Source: Mobula hypostoma (lineage: Eukaryota). From it: a DNA stretch of 63,857 nucleotides. The DNA lies in assembly GCF_963921235.1 (NCBI RefSeq), contig NC_086106.1, forward strand, positions 22,444,144-22,508,000, given 5' to 3'. The position numbers and the translations under genes are program-made. Below are positions 13,761 through 26,849 of the stretch, in pieces. The notes beneath the pieces were generated by a model. That model did not search any database. It was not told where the DNA came from and saw only the letters and a program-made list of their open reading frames with translations. The stretch's first letter is position 1; every line of letters begins with the position of its first letter.

Positions 13761-15299
13761 GAAAACTGCTACAAAAGTGTGCAATGTTCAGCAGATCGTC
13801 GATTAAAAACGAGTCTCAAGTTGTGGTGTGTTATCTGTTGTGCCATTGCGATCACTGAGGAGAGTAAGACATTCCCCTTGCTGTTGTAATGAGGACTTGC
13901 ACAGAGTAATTCAATGCATGTGACTATCCAACCTGAAGTTTATCAACACTCTATAATATCGACTGACATTACCTGTATTTAGTGATGTTGACCAGGCTAT
14001 ATTTTACGATTAAGAACTCGTGCAGATGTTTTGGAAATTACTTTTTCTCAAGTGAATAATTTATTGCATTTTGAACTACGTGTTCGTGGTTCACAAATCA
14101 TCAATCTATTTGGTTCAGGATGAAAATTGAAATGTCAGACTAATTTGATCACACTGATCAGTGGGAATAATTCACATTGAGCCCTTCTCCAAGCACGCGG
14201 TGCTTAACTTTCCGTCTCTTCATCCCCACTCTTCCTTAATACGGTCAACAAGCCATCTGCAACCAAACCCTCAGGTATTAATTTGTTTTTCAAACCACTC
14301 ACTAGCTGGAGAGGAGACAGTTATCTTCCATCTAAATACCTTTACTTATTTTCTTGAAACAGAGCTCATCTGGGTTCATATAACTCTGATATTAAGACTA
14401 CTTTTCTTTCAAACTACTTTGGCTATGCCCGTCATTTTACTGGTAAAAGCATGGGTATGGGTATGATTATTATTCTCAAATGCGTTCCGAATCTGTGAAA
14501 CACCGTTTTTTTTCAATACAAACACGGTATCTGGAGGATAGGGGCTACGAAGATCTATGAGTTAAAAGCTCCAAATCTAATTTTGATCGCTTAACATGTT
14601 TAATACGACAAAATAGAACAGTTGCTAACATCGATGGAATAATGCAATACTTTTGCCTCAAACTGAATTTCGTGTCAGTGCCTTAAGTTTAGAATATAAA
14701 ACATAAAGAAATGAACAGCTGAAGAGTTTCAACTGAGGAAAGCACAGGTACAAGACCATCTTGGATTCAGAACCATGACAAGGCAGAGAACAAATTCTGA
14801 ATATTATTTACTACATTGATTTGACCTTCAATTTTAATACTGGCCGCTGGGCGAAGGTAACTGAAGAAAATGGGAAAAATGCCGGAAAAATAGAGCGTTT
14901 CAGATAACATTGGGATATCAGTTGTATTACCTGAACGTTCTTTTTCAATAGATTGTTTTAATCAGCTGTCTTATCAGAATTACCCTTAACATTCTAAAAT
15001 TAAATTATCCGTGGTATCTCATAATATTTTCTACGTATTTTAATGATGGTGTCTTCGAATCTGCAATTTCCTATCAGACCGGAGGGGCATTTGATTATTT
15101 CGGACATTCTGAGTATTCCACCTAACATTTTCTGCTCACATCAGCTCATGAAACAAACCCTTTATCAAGAATTGTCAGTGTTTCTGTGATGAGGAACAGC
15201 ACAAAATTTCATTGCGTCTATCAGGAGATTTATATTTATTTCGCAAATTGTATTTTATTTCTATATTTATTTTCGTGTTTCTATATTTATATGTCAAAT

Positions 15300-15915
15300 A
15301 TCGGCAAGCTAATTATTTTAATCTTCCGTTGGATCGTCGAATTCGCTACTGGAATCCAACTGTACTTCCTACATAAATCCAGGTTAACCAACTATATTGA
15401 CTGTCTCCAATTAGAATATGGTTTTCGAAATGCTCTTGAGTCCGATCCATGTGATTATTCTCAAGTAACGTCTTACCCACAATTGTTAGGCGTCCTCGAT
15501 GATATTTTCCACGATTATCCAGATTGCCCTTCATGAGTATTAAAAAAAAAATACTTTAACTACATTTAAGTCCACGTTGATCTGTCATGCGGCTCGAGAG
15601 GACACCAGAGATCGGTTTAGCAGTTGCAAACGCTTTTTCTGGCCTATTTCAATAACTTGGTATATACCATCAGGTCTTGGGAAAGTTTGGATCTTAATGT
15701 TCAATCCGATTCGGAACACTACATCCTCCTTTGTGCGCAGATATTCTTTCCAAGTCATCACGCTCCACACTCATCTGCGTATCGAGGTTTGTGTCAAACT
15801 TATATCGGCTGGCAATTTTCAGGGGATTGGTGTGAAACAAATCTGCAAATATTTTAAAACACACCAGTTTAAAGGAATAATGGAAAAATGGCAAAATTTA
15901 CGTTTGCATATGTTT
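15300..15915 (-). mobile_element. Possible gypsy integrase C-terminal fossil
   Basis: EDVVFR..GIYQVIEIGQKKRLQLLNRSL resembles the GD-V..Y-V..LHRN-L tail of gypsy integrases. Weak. Confidence 0.3.
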
Positions 15916-16061
15916 NNNNNNNNNNNNNNNNNNNNNNNNNNNNNNNNNNNNNNNNNNNNNNNNNNNNNNNNNNNNNNNNNNNNNNNNNNNNNNNNNNNNN
16001 NNNNNNNNNNNNNNNNNNNNNNNNNNNNNNNNNNNNNNNNNNNNNNNNNNNNNNNNNNNNN
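15916..16061. other. Assembly gap (N run)
   Basis: Run of n. Confidence 1.
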
Positions 16062-16280
16062 TGCTGCGAATTTCCGAACCTTTCAGCAGTCACTATAGGA
16101 ACGTGTGGACTCTCTTCGTACCGCTCGTGTTTTTTGCCTCTGCCTGTCCGCTTGCCTGCTTTTGCATTCAAGTGATTGCTGCAGCCGATCACCCATTGTG
16201 CCTGGCTGTGTCATTCGGGTGGAGGGCACGGGATATTCTGAGCAGAAAGCACATTTCAAAGTTACGGATTCACGAGAAAT

Positions 16281-16812
16281 ATGTCTCAATTTGTGACTCC
16301 AATTTTCATCATCATATCAATCCGAAGTAACTTCTGCCAGTGATATATATATTTATCGTGAATTTCCGTGTAAGTTCCAACTCTAATTGCAGGTGTTGTA
16401 TCATTATAGTTATTAATTGCATTGGGCTTAGTACTGATGTTGGGATTGTTTTTTCCTTTTTTTTTCTTGGCTTGGGGCCTTCAAGGAGAAGTCTACAATC
16501 TGAAGATGAGATATCCTTTGAAGAGGGAAGCAATGCCTCACGAAACCGTAGGTTAATAACCAACTATAAAATTCCATTCGTTTACTGGTACACCCAAAGC
16601 AATGGACTTTCTCCGCAGTACCTGCTTCAGATTATCGGTGAGAGCGTGTTAATAAGGAAGCAAATTAAAGATCGATTCACCACAACATTCAATAAAACCA
16701 CCTTGATCGCCTGGCTCATGTTCCCATCGGTTGTGGTCGCCGATTCCGTCCTTTATGTTTGTGCCATGAGATTAACAGTACAGCAGAGTTGTGGCTCACT
16801 CGAACAACAAAC
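16281..16812 (+). pseudogene. TRAV/TRDV: TCR V alpha/delta pseudogene segment (leader 16281-16326, V exon ~16470-16773, degenerate 23-RSS 16774-16812)
   Basis: Leader MSQFVTPIFIIISIR with a phase-1 GTAACT donor. V frame ..SLQSEDEISFEEGSNASRNRRLITNYKIPFVYWYTQSNGLSPQYLLQ..DRFTTTFNKTTLIAWLMFPSVVVADSVLYVCAMRL. The first Cys is CGT (Arg), the acceptor reads TG instead of AG, and the RSS is AACAGTA + 23 nt + ACAACAAAC. Confidence 0.85.
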
Positions 16813-18220
16813 GTACTTTCAGTAGTTGCATATCTACTGCTTAATTTAGAAACATATTTAGTTTAATTATTGAGATGCAATGCAGAATAGTGTATCTCAA
16901 TTTCGTCCACTTTAATCCGCGCTGCCAAGCCAGCACGACTGACAATACACTAATAACAGGAAAATTTATAATGGCGATTAAAAATACTAATTTATTTGTG
17001 CTGTGGATTTAAGTGGATCATCCAGAGGAATATTACTACTTCCACAAGGCGTACGTAATCGTGTCGGAATTGAATTTTGATCTCCCACGCATCGAGCACG
17101 AATAGCGCAGTAAATAAATGGACCATTCATTTGAAATAATGTCTTGTTTTTTTAAGACAGCTCAGTGCGAAAGTTGCTGTTGCTTAGAGTGGATAAAACA
17201 ATAATCTGTGGGTGGTCTTTGACAAAGGAACAGTGATGAATTAGTGGATATTCAAACGGTTTTTCTAGTTTTTGTTTAATAGTTCCTGGTCTTGAGCATC
17301 CTGTTTCGAAAGTATACGTTACTGTAAGTGGAGTTAAATACAGTTAATTATATTTACATTTACAATTAGATGCATTGCAGAAAGGCTGAATTCATTTCCA
17401 TTAACTTTGATTAGATCTATGGGGAACACCAGTTGTCATAGTAGCCAAAAATAAAGGGTGGTATTTTTAATTCACCGTCAACCAAATACTAAATATGCAT
17501 CAATGCATTCTTTCCAAGATGGAAGATAGTTACGCAAACCATTCTGATGGGAAATTGTTCAGAATACAAAGCAAGAATGAAACAAGAAACGCCTAAACTG
17601 ATGACTATACGCAGATGCGTGTGGTGGCTTGTAGGTGAACTCGTGATTAGGACCAGAACCACACAGAAAAGACTGATTCGCTAAAATAGGGCTCTGTTTA
17701 CAGTAGCATCTGTACCACCAAACTGGTAGTCAGCTATGAACTAAGTGCTTCGTGTTTGTTCAAACATTTTTTGTTACTTGGATGACATCATTGTTAACGT
17801 TAGGTTGATGAGGACAATCACACAAAGTGGTGAATTCTTTAAATTTAGCATCTTTTTTTGTTTTTTTTTGTCGTCGCATCATTGATGCCCAACTACCACA
17901 AAAGCGTGCTGACAAACTTCAAACAGTGGTGGATGACTCAAGGAGAAGGGTGTGTCGCAGTGGCAGTCCATTTTAAACTTTACCAACTACGATAACAATT
18001 TACTATCTCACCTGCTTACTGTGCCCTACCTCATCAACCAGTTACCATAGAAGTAGCAATGGAGAAAGAAGTGTGAGGAAACCTACACCAGATCTCTCGA
18101 GTTTCTTCCCTCTCCATCTCCTGCGGAGAAAGACCACAACCCACATCAGAATACGTCACAAAATCTCTCCATCCGGCGTATTCTAGAATTTTCCACCAAT
18201 TCCACCATCTTGATTGGATG

Positions 18221-18688
18221 ACATAGAAACATAGAAACATTGAAAATAGGTGCAGGAGCAGACCATTCGGCCCTTCGAGCCTGCACCGCCATTCGGTATG
18301 ATCATGGCTGATCATCCAACTCAGAACCCCGTACCCGCACTCTCTCCATAACCCCTGATCCCTATCGCTACAAGGGCCGTATATAACTCCCTCTTAAACA
18401 TCGGCAATAAACTGGCCTCAACTGTTTCTTGTGGCAGAAAATTCCACAGATTCAGCATTCTCTGTGTAAAGAAGTTTTTCCTAATCTCGGTCCTAAAAGG
18501 CTTCCCCTTTATCCTCAAACTATGACCCCTCGTTCTGCACTTCCTCAACATCGGGAACAATCTTCCTGCATCTAGCCTGTCCAATCCCTTTAGGGTTTTA
18601 TATGTTTCAATAAGATCCCCCTGTCAGTCTTGTAAATTCCAACGAGTATAAGCCCAGTTGATCCAGTCTTTCATCATATGAAAGTCCT
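18221..18688 (-). mobile_element. CR1-clade LINE short 3' copy
   Basis: ORF 18321-18584 (MDRLDAGRLFPML..TRGHSLRI); (AGAAACAT)n tail; same subfamily as 1943-2768. Confidence 0.92.
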
Positions 18689-19979
18689 GACACGACATTC
18701 ATAAGTATGAACATCACATCTCGTTACATTTTACGGTAACCCAGACACTACCAGCAGAACACACGGTTTCTACAGAAAGCCATATAAGGAAATACCCTAC
18801 AACATCAGAAGTAAAATTTTAACCAGGGTATTACACGGTCCCCACAAATAAAAATTCATATCCTCATAACTTTGAAAATTATCAACCGATCATTAATAAA
18901 ACAGTTTTCAAAGAAATGCTGTGATGCCATAACTACCAATCTATTTGTAAATGGCAGTGGAGAATCTCCCTCAGGTATTAAACTTAACTCCCTGTTTCGT
19001 CGGTGCATCAAGGAGAGCATATTACGGGGATTCCTGACAGTTTAAATCTTCCTGATACACTATCGGTTTCTCCAGTCTCAGACATTCCTTGGGATCTTTC
19101 CTATCTACCTGAAGCAGCTTGCCAACTCCGCTCTCTATGCCACTTAGCTAGCTCAGTTTCAAGATCGACTACTTTGGAGCACGTTTTTCTTTCATTGTCC
19201 AGTCACCATTCTGCCTGCGAACTGTTAGCAGCACCACCTTCGCCCGTCCAACCTCTCTAGCCATAACCGATTTAATATGGGGTGGCTCGGAATTCTCTTC
19301 ATTAATTGTTGGGAAATTTGTTTAATGTAAGCAATACCACAAAGCCATTTTCTCATCCTTTGAGTCCTTCCAATATTCAATCGTTACGTCTGCTCAGGAC
19401 CCCTCTACTGATTGTATTTCTGTGTTCCCATTGTTGTGTAGACCTCCTGCTAGGCGTAGCGCCTATGCCGTGCTCCTGTTCAACACGTGCCTCCTGTATC
19501 AGAGGTAAAAACATCGTTCCGATGGCATATTTTGACTGGTTCAGTCCTGTCTTTAAGCTTCAACTGGAAAAGTGGCTCATTTGGCAATGACTCTCCACAA
19601 CGAAAGGCGTGGCTATCCAGCGGTAGGCCAATTTATGATTTTCTGGCAGCATCAACGTTCGGATTCAAACTCTGTCTCCAGGCATCAGGTCGGAAAATAT
19701 AATATTTTGATCATATTTACTTTGTTTCCTTGATTCTACATGGTAGTAGAGAAATTTGCCAATTCATTAGCCTGTTGCAAATCTTTTCACACGTACATAA
19801 GATTTGTCTCCTTTCACTTCCCCGCCAGTTTAAAACCATACGTCTACAAGTATTACCGACTCGCGCCCAAACATCAAATGTCATGGCAAAGTTCTTGTAG
19901 CTTAATTCTGTATTCAGTAGCTACCCTACATAATACAGTTGTTACCATAAACAAGAGGCGTGCCTTTAGAACGTAGATC

Positions 19980-22340
19980 CAAAATGGAACTGTAAAATTG
20001 TGGACATTACAGTGACTTGATTGTCTCAGGAGCAGGAATCGGTCTGAGTGTGCCAGGCTTTAGATGTTTCAAAAAGAGTAGAGAGTGGGGCAAAAGAGGA
20101 GGGAGCTAATTAAGGATAGTGTCACAGCTGCAGAAAAAAGAGGAAGTTATGGAGGGATGGTCCATTGACTCAGTATGGGTGGAATTTAGAATCAATAAGT
20201 ACACGCCCCCCCCCCCCCCCCCGAATAGTAACAGGCATTCGTGGACCAGGTAGTGATGCAGATTTTGGAAATGTGCAATAATATTAGGGTTATTGTGATG
20301 GGCGATTTTAACTTTCGTAATATTTTTGGCATCTTGAAGCGCAAGGGTTTTTGATAGGGTCGAGCTTTTTAGATGTGTTCAGGAAGGTTTTCTGACGCAA
20401 TATACAGATAAGCCAACTAAATATCTCGGTGGGAGCGCATTTTGCACGTAGTGATCACAGCACAATCACCTTCACCATAGCGCCGGAGAGGGATAGGAAT
20501 ACATAATTTGGGCCGAAAGATAATCAGTATTTGGCATATGGTGAAATATATTTTTTTCTATTATGCAGGTACTTGGGAGCAGATGCTCACAGGGAAAGGC
20601 ACAGCGGAAATGTGGCAAATGTTCAGGGAAAATTTGTATGCAGTTCTGCATTGGTATGTTCCATCAGGGCAACGAATGGACATTAGGGCGAAAAAAATCG
20701 TGATAGAACATTTAGATAAGAAGAAAAGAAAAGATTACGAAAGGTTCAAGAAACTCGGTACCTTTAGGACTCTAGAAATTACAAGGTTCCTCGGAAGCAG
20801 CTGGTAAATAGAATTAGCAGGACCAGAAGGGGTGATGAGAAGGCCGTGATGAGCAGGCTTATGTGCTACATGCCTCATGGATATCCTGTGACTATCTTTA
20901 GACCATGATACAATTGGGTATCTTCCGAGCATGAGGTAACTTGATGAGCAGGGTTATGTGTTGCATACCTCATGGATATCTTGTGACTGTCTTAAGATCA
21001 TGATGTAATTGGGTATCTTATGAGCATTAGGTACTGGTTCTGTGATGGTGGGGTGACGTATTTCTCCCGCCAGTATGAGGTCACGTGACGACATGTTCAC
21101 CACGGGTATAAAAGGGAGACCCCTGGGGTGAGGCAGTTGGTTTTAAGTTTCGCTCGTTATTTTATTCGTCAGAGACACCATTATGCGGCGTATTCGTCTT
21201 ATTACGCAGTTTGTTTTTTAAAGTGGAGTTCTACTTTTTGATTGCAGGTACTATTGGAGAGTAAAGACATTACCAAAGTACAGGAATTCGCCGAGTCGAG
21301 TAAAGCTGAATTCGTTTGGCGGGTTTGGAGAGGATCGACCGTTACTGAATCTTCGTTCAGGAAAAAGTGACCTGCATTTCAGATATCTTCTGCTAAAGCT
21401 GCCAAGACACCCGCAGTGTCTATTTTCCAGAGGAAAAGTTCAGTTGCTTTAAATTGTTTTATTTCCGTCGTTGTGTATCCTGCAGACAAAGCAGGTTCCG
21501 GCTGGGATCAGCAGTAACGTCATGTCTCCGAGGAATACTTCACTTCAGAAAAGTCTCTCCCAATTGACTATATAAATTTCTTGGACTTTCCAATTTACCA
21601 TTCTAAGAACTGTGTTCGAATTTACCTCTTTAAGAAGTGTTTTTCGCATTTAGCCTTATAAGACCCGTTCCAGAGTTTCCGTATAACAGTTAATTTACGG
21701 TTAAATTAGTCGTTTGAATATTTTTCGCTACTGTTGAGAAGAGTTTAATAAAAGTTTGTTTCTTTCTATTAAGCCTGACTCAATTGATAGTCATTGTTGC
21801 CGGTCACGTGACATATTGAAAACCCCAAGGCGTTCTACAAGTATGTGAAGAGCAAGAGGAAACGCCTTGTGAAAATAGGACCATTCAGGTGCGATAGTGG
21901 AAACCTGTGCATGGAGTCGCAGGAGGTAGTGGAGATGTTTGATGAATACTTTTCTTCAGTATTCAAAAGGGAGAAACAAAACCTTGGCAGCTGCGGGGAT
22001 GACTTACTACCGTCTGAAGGGATTGAGCATGTTGACGTTACGAAACGAGATATCCTTTAGCATTTGAAAAGCATTAAATTAGATAACTCACCGCAGCGGA
22101 TGAGTTATACCCTGTGGATGAGATATATTCTGTGGAAGCAATGGACGAGGAAGGAGAATGTTGACCCTTCTGCGATGAATTTTGCTTCACCAGTAGGGAC
22201 GGAAAAAGTCCGGAAGCATTGGAGGATTGCAAGAAAGGGAGTAGAGATAACCCAGGAAATTATAAATCAGTGATTCTGACGTATTGGTGGCCATGTTATT
22301 GGAGAAGATTCTGAGAGGCAACATTCATGATAATTTACAG
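19980..22340 (+). mobile_element. Old CR1 ORF2 fragment (endonuclease to RT N-terminus), interrupted by an LTR insertion
   Basis: Similar to 34100-35600 (VIVMGDFNF; gagaaggcc...gaaaaccccaaggc split by the insertion). Confidence 0.75.
20847..21813 (+). mobile_element. Solo LTR inserted in CR1, with an internal 95-bp tandem duplication
   Basis: TG...CA ends (tgatgagc / cacgtgaca), GGTATAAAAGGG TATA box near 21105, AATAAA near 21748; repeat units begin at 20847 and 20942. No clear TSD. Confidence 0.7.
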
Positions 22341-25200
22341 AGACATAACCTGATTACTTGAGAAACCGGCAGGTCTCTTCTAATTTTGCTCCGAAGGCAC
22401 CGATGGGCGAGGTTGAACTTTACCTTCTTCGCTCTTAGTCTTTCTCCCTTTCTTCCCCAAGGGAAAGTAGTCACGCACAGGTTAATTCAAAAAGTGGCTT
22501 ACTTTGGAGAATCCACCAGGAACCTCCGGTAATATGCACAGAATCCACGGATCGAACGCATTAGCACTCACATTCTTGGGGCTTGAACATGGGCACACCG
22601 CTTCTATCTTGGAAAGATTCGTAGCTACTCTGTCCCGGGAGGCCATGGACCCCACATGGTTGACAGAGGTTTTGCAGTTCTGGCACTTGTCCCGTGACAG
22701 TTTAACCCTTCAGCTTTCAATGGTCAAATATCTTCTGTAGCCTCTTCTCGGGCTCTTCTAGCTATGACCCAAACGCGATCAGATCATCAGGCAAACCAAA
22801 TCCTCATTAAGTTCATGACCCCAACAGTTTTCTGAGTGATTCTTTGGAAAGAACCTGGTGCACCCAATATTCCCTGGGACATTATTTGAAACTAAAAGAA
22901 CCCCAGAGGGCAAATGATTGCCTTCTCCTCTTGGTCAGCTGCACTCATGCGTATCAGATAACTCCCACCCCTTAGGTCCAGTACGCTCAAACATTTTGTT
23001 CCATTCAAGCAGGCTGACGCATCCTCGATCCACGGAACAGTATAGCGAGCTGGGACTTTACGTCGCCTCAGTATCAGAGACTCAAGACACAAAAGCACCT
23101 TCCCATTATTCATTGCGACCAACACTACCAGTGACGGATAAGGTGTCCGTGACTCGGAGATATTCTTAGATTCCTTCAGTTTCAGCAGAGTAGGCCGAAC
23201 ATCCTCTACCTGTGCTGGTGCTGATAGTCGAGACCTTTATCTGAAAGGGCTATCTTCTGTGATTCGGATGTTATAGGGAGTACAACCCAGATCAACTCGT
23301 TTTCGAACTTTAATTTCTTCTCTATGAATTTATTTTATAACACCCAGGCACTGAGGTATCACCAAAGTTGAATGACTTGGCTGTCAAACTTTCTAATCCA
23401 GAAGGTCGTGTACCTCCTGGTTTTCTAGCAGACCTCAAAAATATCTAGTAATAATAAAAAAAAGAAACAACAAGGCATTACAGTCATTTGTAAAGGATAT
23501 GACATCGTCTATTCCCCCACCCTGAGGGTGACCACTCTCAGGAGGTGTCCCTGATAATCACTGTCATCCTGTCTATATGCACACCTGACGGTCTCTGCAG
23601 TTCAGGGCTAACCACTACCCCAGTAGTTAAGCGTGACTGGCTTAGTTCCATTCCGCCTTCAGGAATAGGGCTTCGCACTGTGGAGTGCTCCTTAATACAT
23701 TGACAGGAATGTGCTCTTTCTAGGTGTCAGGCCGTTTGCTGTCTGGTTCTTTCGAAGGTTTCTCGAATTCTCCCTCTGTTTATGTAACCGTGGGCACACT
23801 TCCCGAAGGTATATCCGTCCTTCAGAAGTCCATTTGATATGATCTTCTCACCACAGTTGTAACAAAAAATACCCACCGATCCCCTTTTTCACGGAATTCG
23901 CTCTGTAGCAGCCCTCTCTTGCTGGCGTCGGCATTTGTCATAGTTGATAACTGCAACAGCCGATATTAACGGAGATACCACGGCTATGAACACTTGCACA
24001 AAATCCCTTGAAACCTCCGCCTGTGCGACATCAGGTGTCACTTCAGCAACAGAAGCTACAACCCGATCGTGGCTTGCTGACGGAAGCATCCACTCCTCCA
24101 GCGCGTTTTGCTTGTCTCTTACTTTCCTTATCATGTTAACAGACGATGGAGGGGGACGCGTCCTACGGGACATTCTGGGGATCAAAGCAATCATGTCACA
24201 TGGCTGTGCGCCCTTAGCCCTTGGTCCATCCTGTATTGATTCATTCTCTGAGTGGGATAGCCGGTGCGCATTGCCATTTATCCATCTGGCACATATTTGG
24301 CCGTAAACTTTCAGATTTTCACTCGTCCCTGAAGGAAATATTGGGGAACTATATCCCCATCACTCCCCAAAAACGAGAGCATCCTCACTTTAAAGTTCCC
24401 CCCTCAACTACGGGAATATCGACTTCAAAATTGCCAGCCTTGCAGGCACCCCTCGCTTTTCTGATGATATGGACGGCCCATGGCCCGCCTCTCCAGGTAC
24501 CACTAACTGAACACGCAGATCCATTCCAGCCACGTCATTCCATGTCCGAACTAATACGACATATATGCCGTCATTTGGCCATGATCGTATCTCTTTTTGT
24601 AGTGGAAACGAACTCAAAACTCTTATTATTAATTCTTCTGGGCTGCAGATATGTATTCTGTTCATAACACCGGCCTTAGTTTAGATTAACCAGTTTGAAT
24701 AGCACCAACGTTTAATATCTGTGACGTTTGTTATCAATAAACTTAATCGCTTTCCCAGACAATAGTTCATTACAGGCTTAAACACAGAAACCACCCAATG
24801 ACTTCACGTAGGGATACTGCAGTATACAGGTAAACAAATTCCGGACGAGCCGCCAGGATAAAATCTATTTTTACCTGGCGACTCTGGAGATGTGTCTGAA
24901 TAAAGCCTCAGTAACAGCCACGGGCCTCACGAGTGAGAAAAGCACGAGATACAGAATCCGTACGTCAAGGGTTGAATAGAATAGGTCCAAGCAACACTTT
25001 GACCGACTGAATGTCTGTCAGAAATCCTGTCCGCCCTGTGTTCTCCAGAAACTGATTGTATGACACGGCATTCCTCGCATGAACGTCAGAAAGCCGTTCC
25101 TTTATCGGTAACCCAATTATTAGTAGCAATGCACACTCGTCCTTTTGTAAGTCATTGAAAGAAATACCTTACAACATTAGTAGCAAAATATGAACCAGGG
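22340..25200 (-). mobile_element. Ty3/gypsy retrotransposon 5' half (LTR remnant, PBS, gag with zinc knuckle, protease, RT), decayed
   Basis: CLSVLDLRGG..EEKAIICPLGFF (RT, ORF 22892-23125); GYFCYNCGE knuckle near 23850; minus-strand TGGCGGCTCGTCCGGAAT at 24838-24855, resembling the tRNA-Pro PBS. The LTR boundary is uncertain. Confidence 0.75.
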
Positions 25201-25507
25201 TGTTACGCTCTGTTATGATGCCTACGTGCCTAGAAGATGTCAATAACAGTATCGCTTCATACCCGGTATTGCTCTGGCAGTACATTGGTGTCGATTTTCT
25301 CCACATCTTCGCAATTGTTTTCACTGCAGCCTCATACATTGGTGATGTTGTGAGAAGCTTCTTCTCAGGCAGTTCTGGTACACTTAGTCAGTTAAAATGA
25401 AGCACAGCGTGTTGCGGATCTGTTTCAGTCATTCCTGAAAATAAATGGATTTCATCGGGTGACGGCACAACGAGCAACTGAGGAGAGCAGAGTCAATGGT
25501 TAGAGAA

Positions 25508-25775
25508 TTAGAAACATAGAAACATAGAAAAACTACAGCTCAACACAGGCGCTTCCGTCGACAATGCTGTGCCGAACAAATACTTACCTTAGAAAGTACC
25601 TAGGGTTACCCATCGCTCTCTATTTTTCTAAGCAACATGTGCCTATGCCGGAGTCTCTTAAAAAAAGAAACTCTGTCGTATCCACCTCCAGCTCCGTCAC
25701 CGGCAGTCCATTCCACACACTCACTATTCTCTGCGGAAGAAACTTACCCCTGACATCTGCTCTGTACCTACCTAA
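25508..25775 (-). mobile_element. Short CR1 3'-end fragment or CR1-tailed SINE
   Basis: (AGAAACAT)n tail followed by a CR1-type 3'UTR. Confidence 0.7.
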
Positions 25776-26849
25776 TTAAAAATGGCCAGAGCTCTCGGAA
25801 TGACGGAGGAGGCCTCATAAACTGAGACTCTTACGCACTGTCACCTGTCAAGCAGAGTGAAAACGCGTGACAGAAAATACGTTTTTCCACCAGTGTACGA
25901 CAACCTCCACAGCGATCAATTCGTCAGGTCCGAATGTGGATTTTAAAATTTACTTTGCTGACCATGTCTGTATAGTAGGCGTATTACGTAGTTACTCGCA
26001 TGTGATAAAAATATTTTTTTCACTAGATTTACAGGTTATAACTAACCTGGTAGAGCAGTTGTGTTTTAAATCGTTAGTGATATTCGGGTATCATTATAAA
26101 TGTATTTTTAAACACTCTTTTTGATTAAATGATGCATTGCAGGTTGTAAATGCCATATATCAGTACGCCACAAAGTGATAGGCGCTCGCCTCGCTTTAGG
26201 GGAAAAAAAAACAAGCGCTGCTGCAGTCACATTTCAGACTTCCGACTTTCGACAAGTGTAAGAAAACCTCCGGAGCGGTTTATTCGTCCGTTCCTAAAGG
26301 AACAATTAAAAATTTACCATGCTGTGGCTATTTTGTATAGTAGCTGTATTATGGAGAGTTTTATTCTGTAGATATTTTGTTGATAGATAAAATGAAACCA
26401 ATGCAGATTTGGAGTTTATAACTAAGCAGAGAGGAGTGATGATTAAATATATATATATATATTTCAGTGCTTTTGGAGTTTTATTGTAAAGATATAGTTT
26501 AATTATGCATTATTTGTTGTTTGCATAAGGCATTACTAGTTGTCTGTAAAAGTACATAAATCCCACGCGTCATCACGACACTAAGTGATACGTGCATGTC
26601 TCCACTGAGGAAAGCATACAGAAGTTAGTCTCAAATTTCTGCATTCCTATTTTTCCTTGAAGTTAGGTTAATGTTTTGAAGTCACAAACATAACAAAACT
26701 GAAAGTTCAAAGCTCTATAGAATGCCTCTACTTGGACAATAATAGTTGTGGTATTTGTGAGAGTTTAGAATGTATTGGTTAACATAGTTGCCTTCGTAAA
26801 TAATCAAAAAGGAGCAGATTTAATATGTTGACCTACGGACGGGTTAATC

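Noticed and set aside
13810-13880. Leader-like exon (ACG)SLKLWCVICCAIAITEE followed by GTAAGA
   Set aside because: No ATG and no V exon follows; it adjoins a hAT fossil.
14108-14140. FGSG*KLK, a J-like motif
   Set aside because: It has an in-frame stop, no recognisable RSS at 12 or 23 nt and no good donor.
16083-16280. Minus-strand ORF first taken for gypsy integrase
   Set aside because: It lies directly upstream of the V leader and is better explained as V 5' flank; the similarity was unconvincing.
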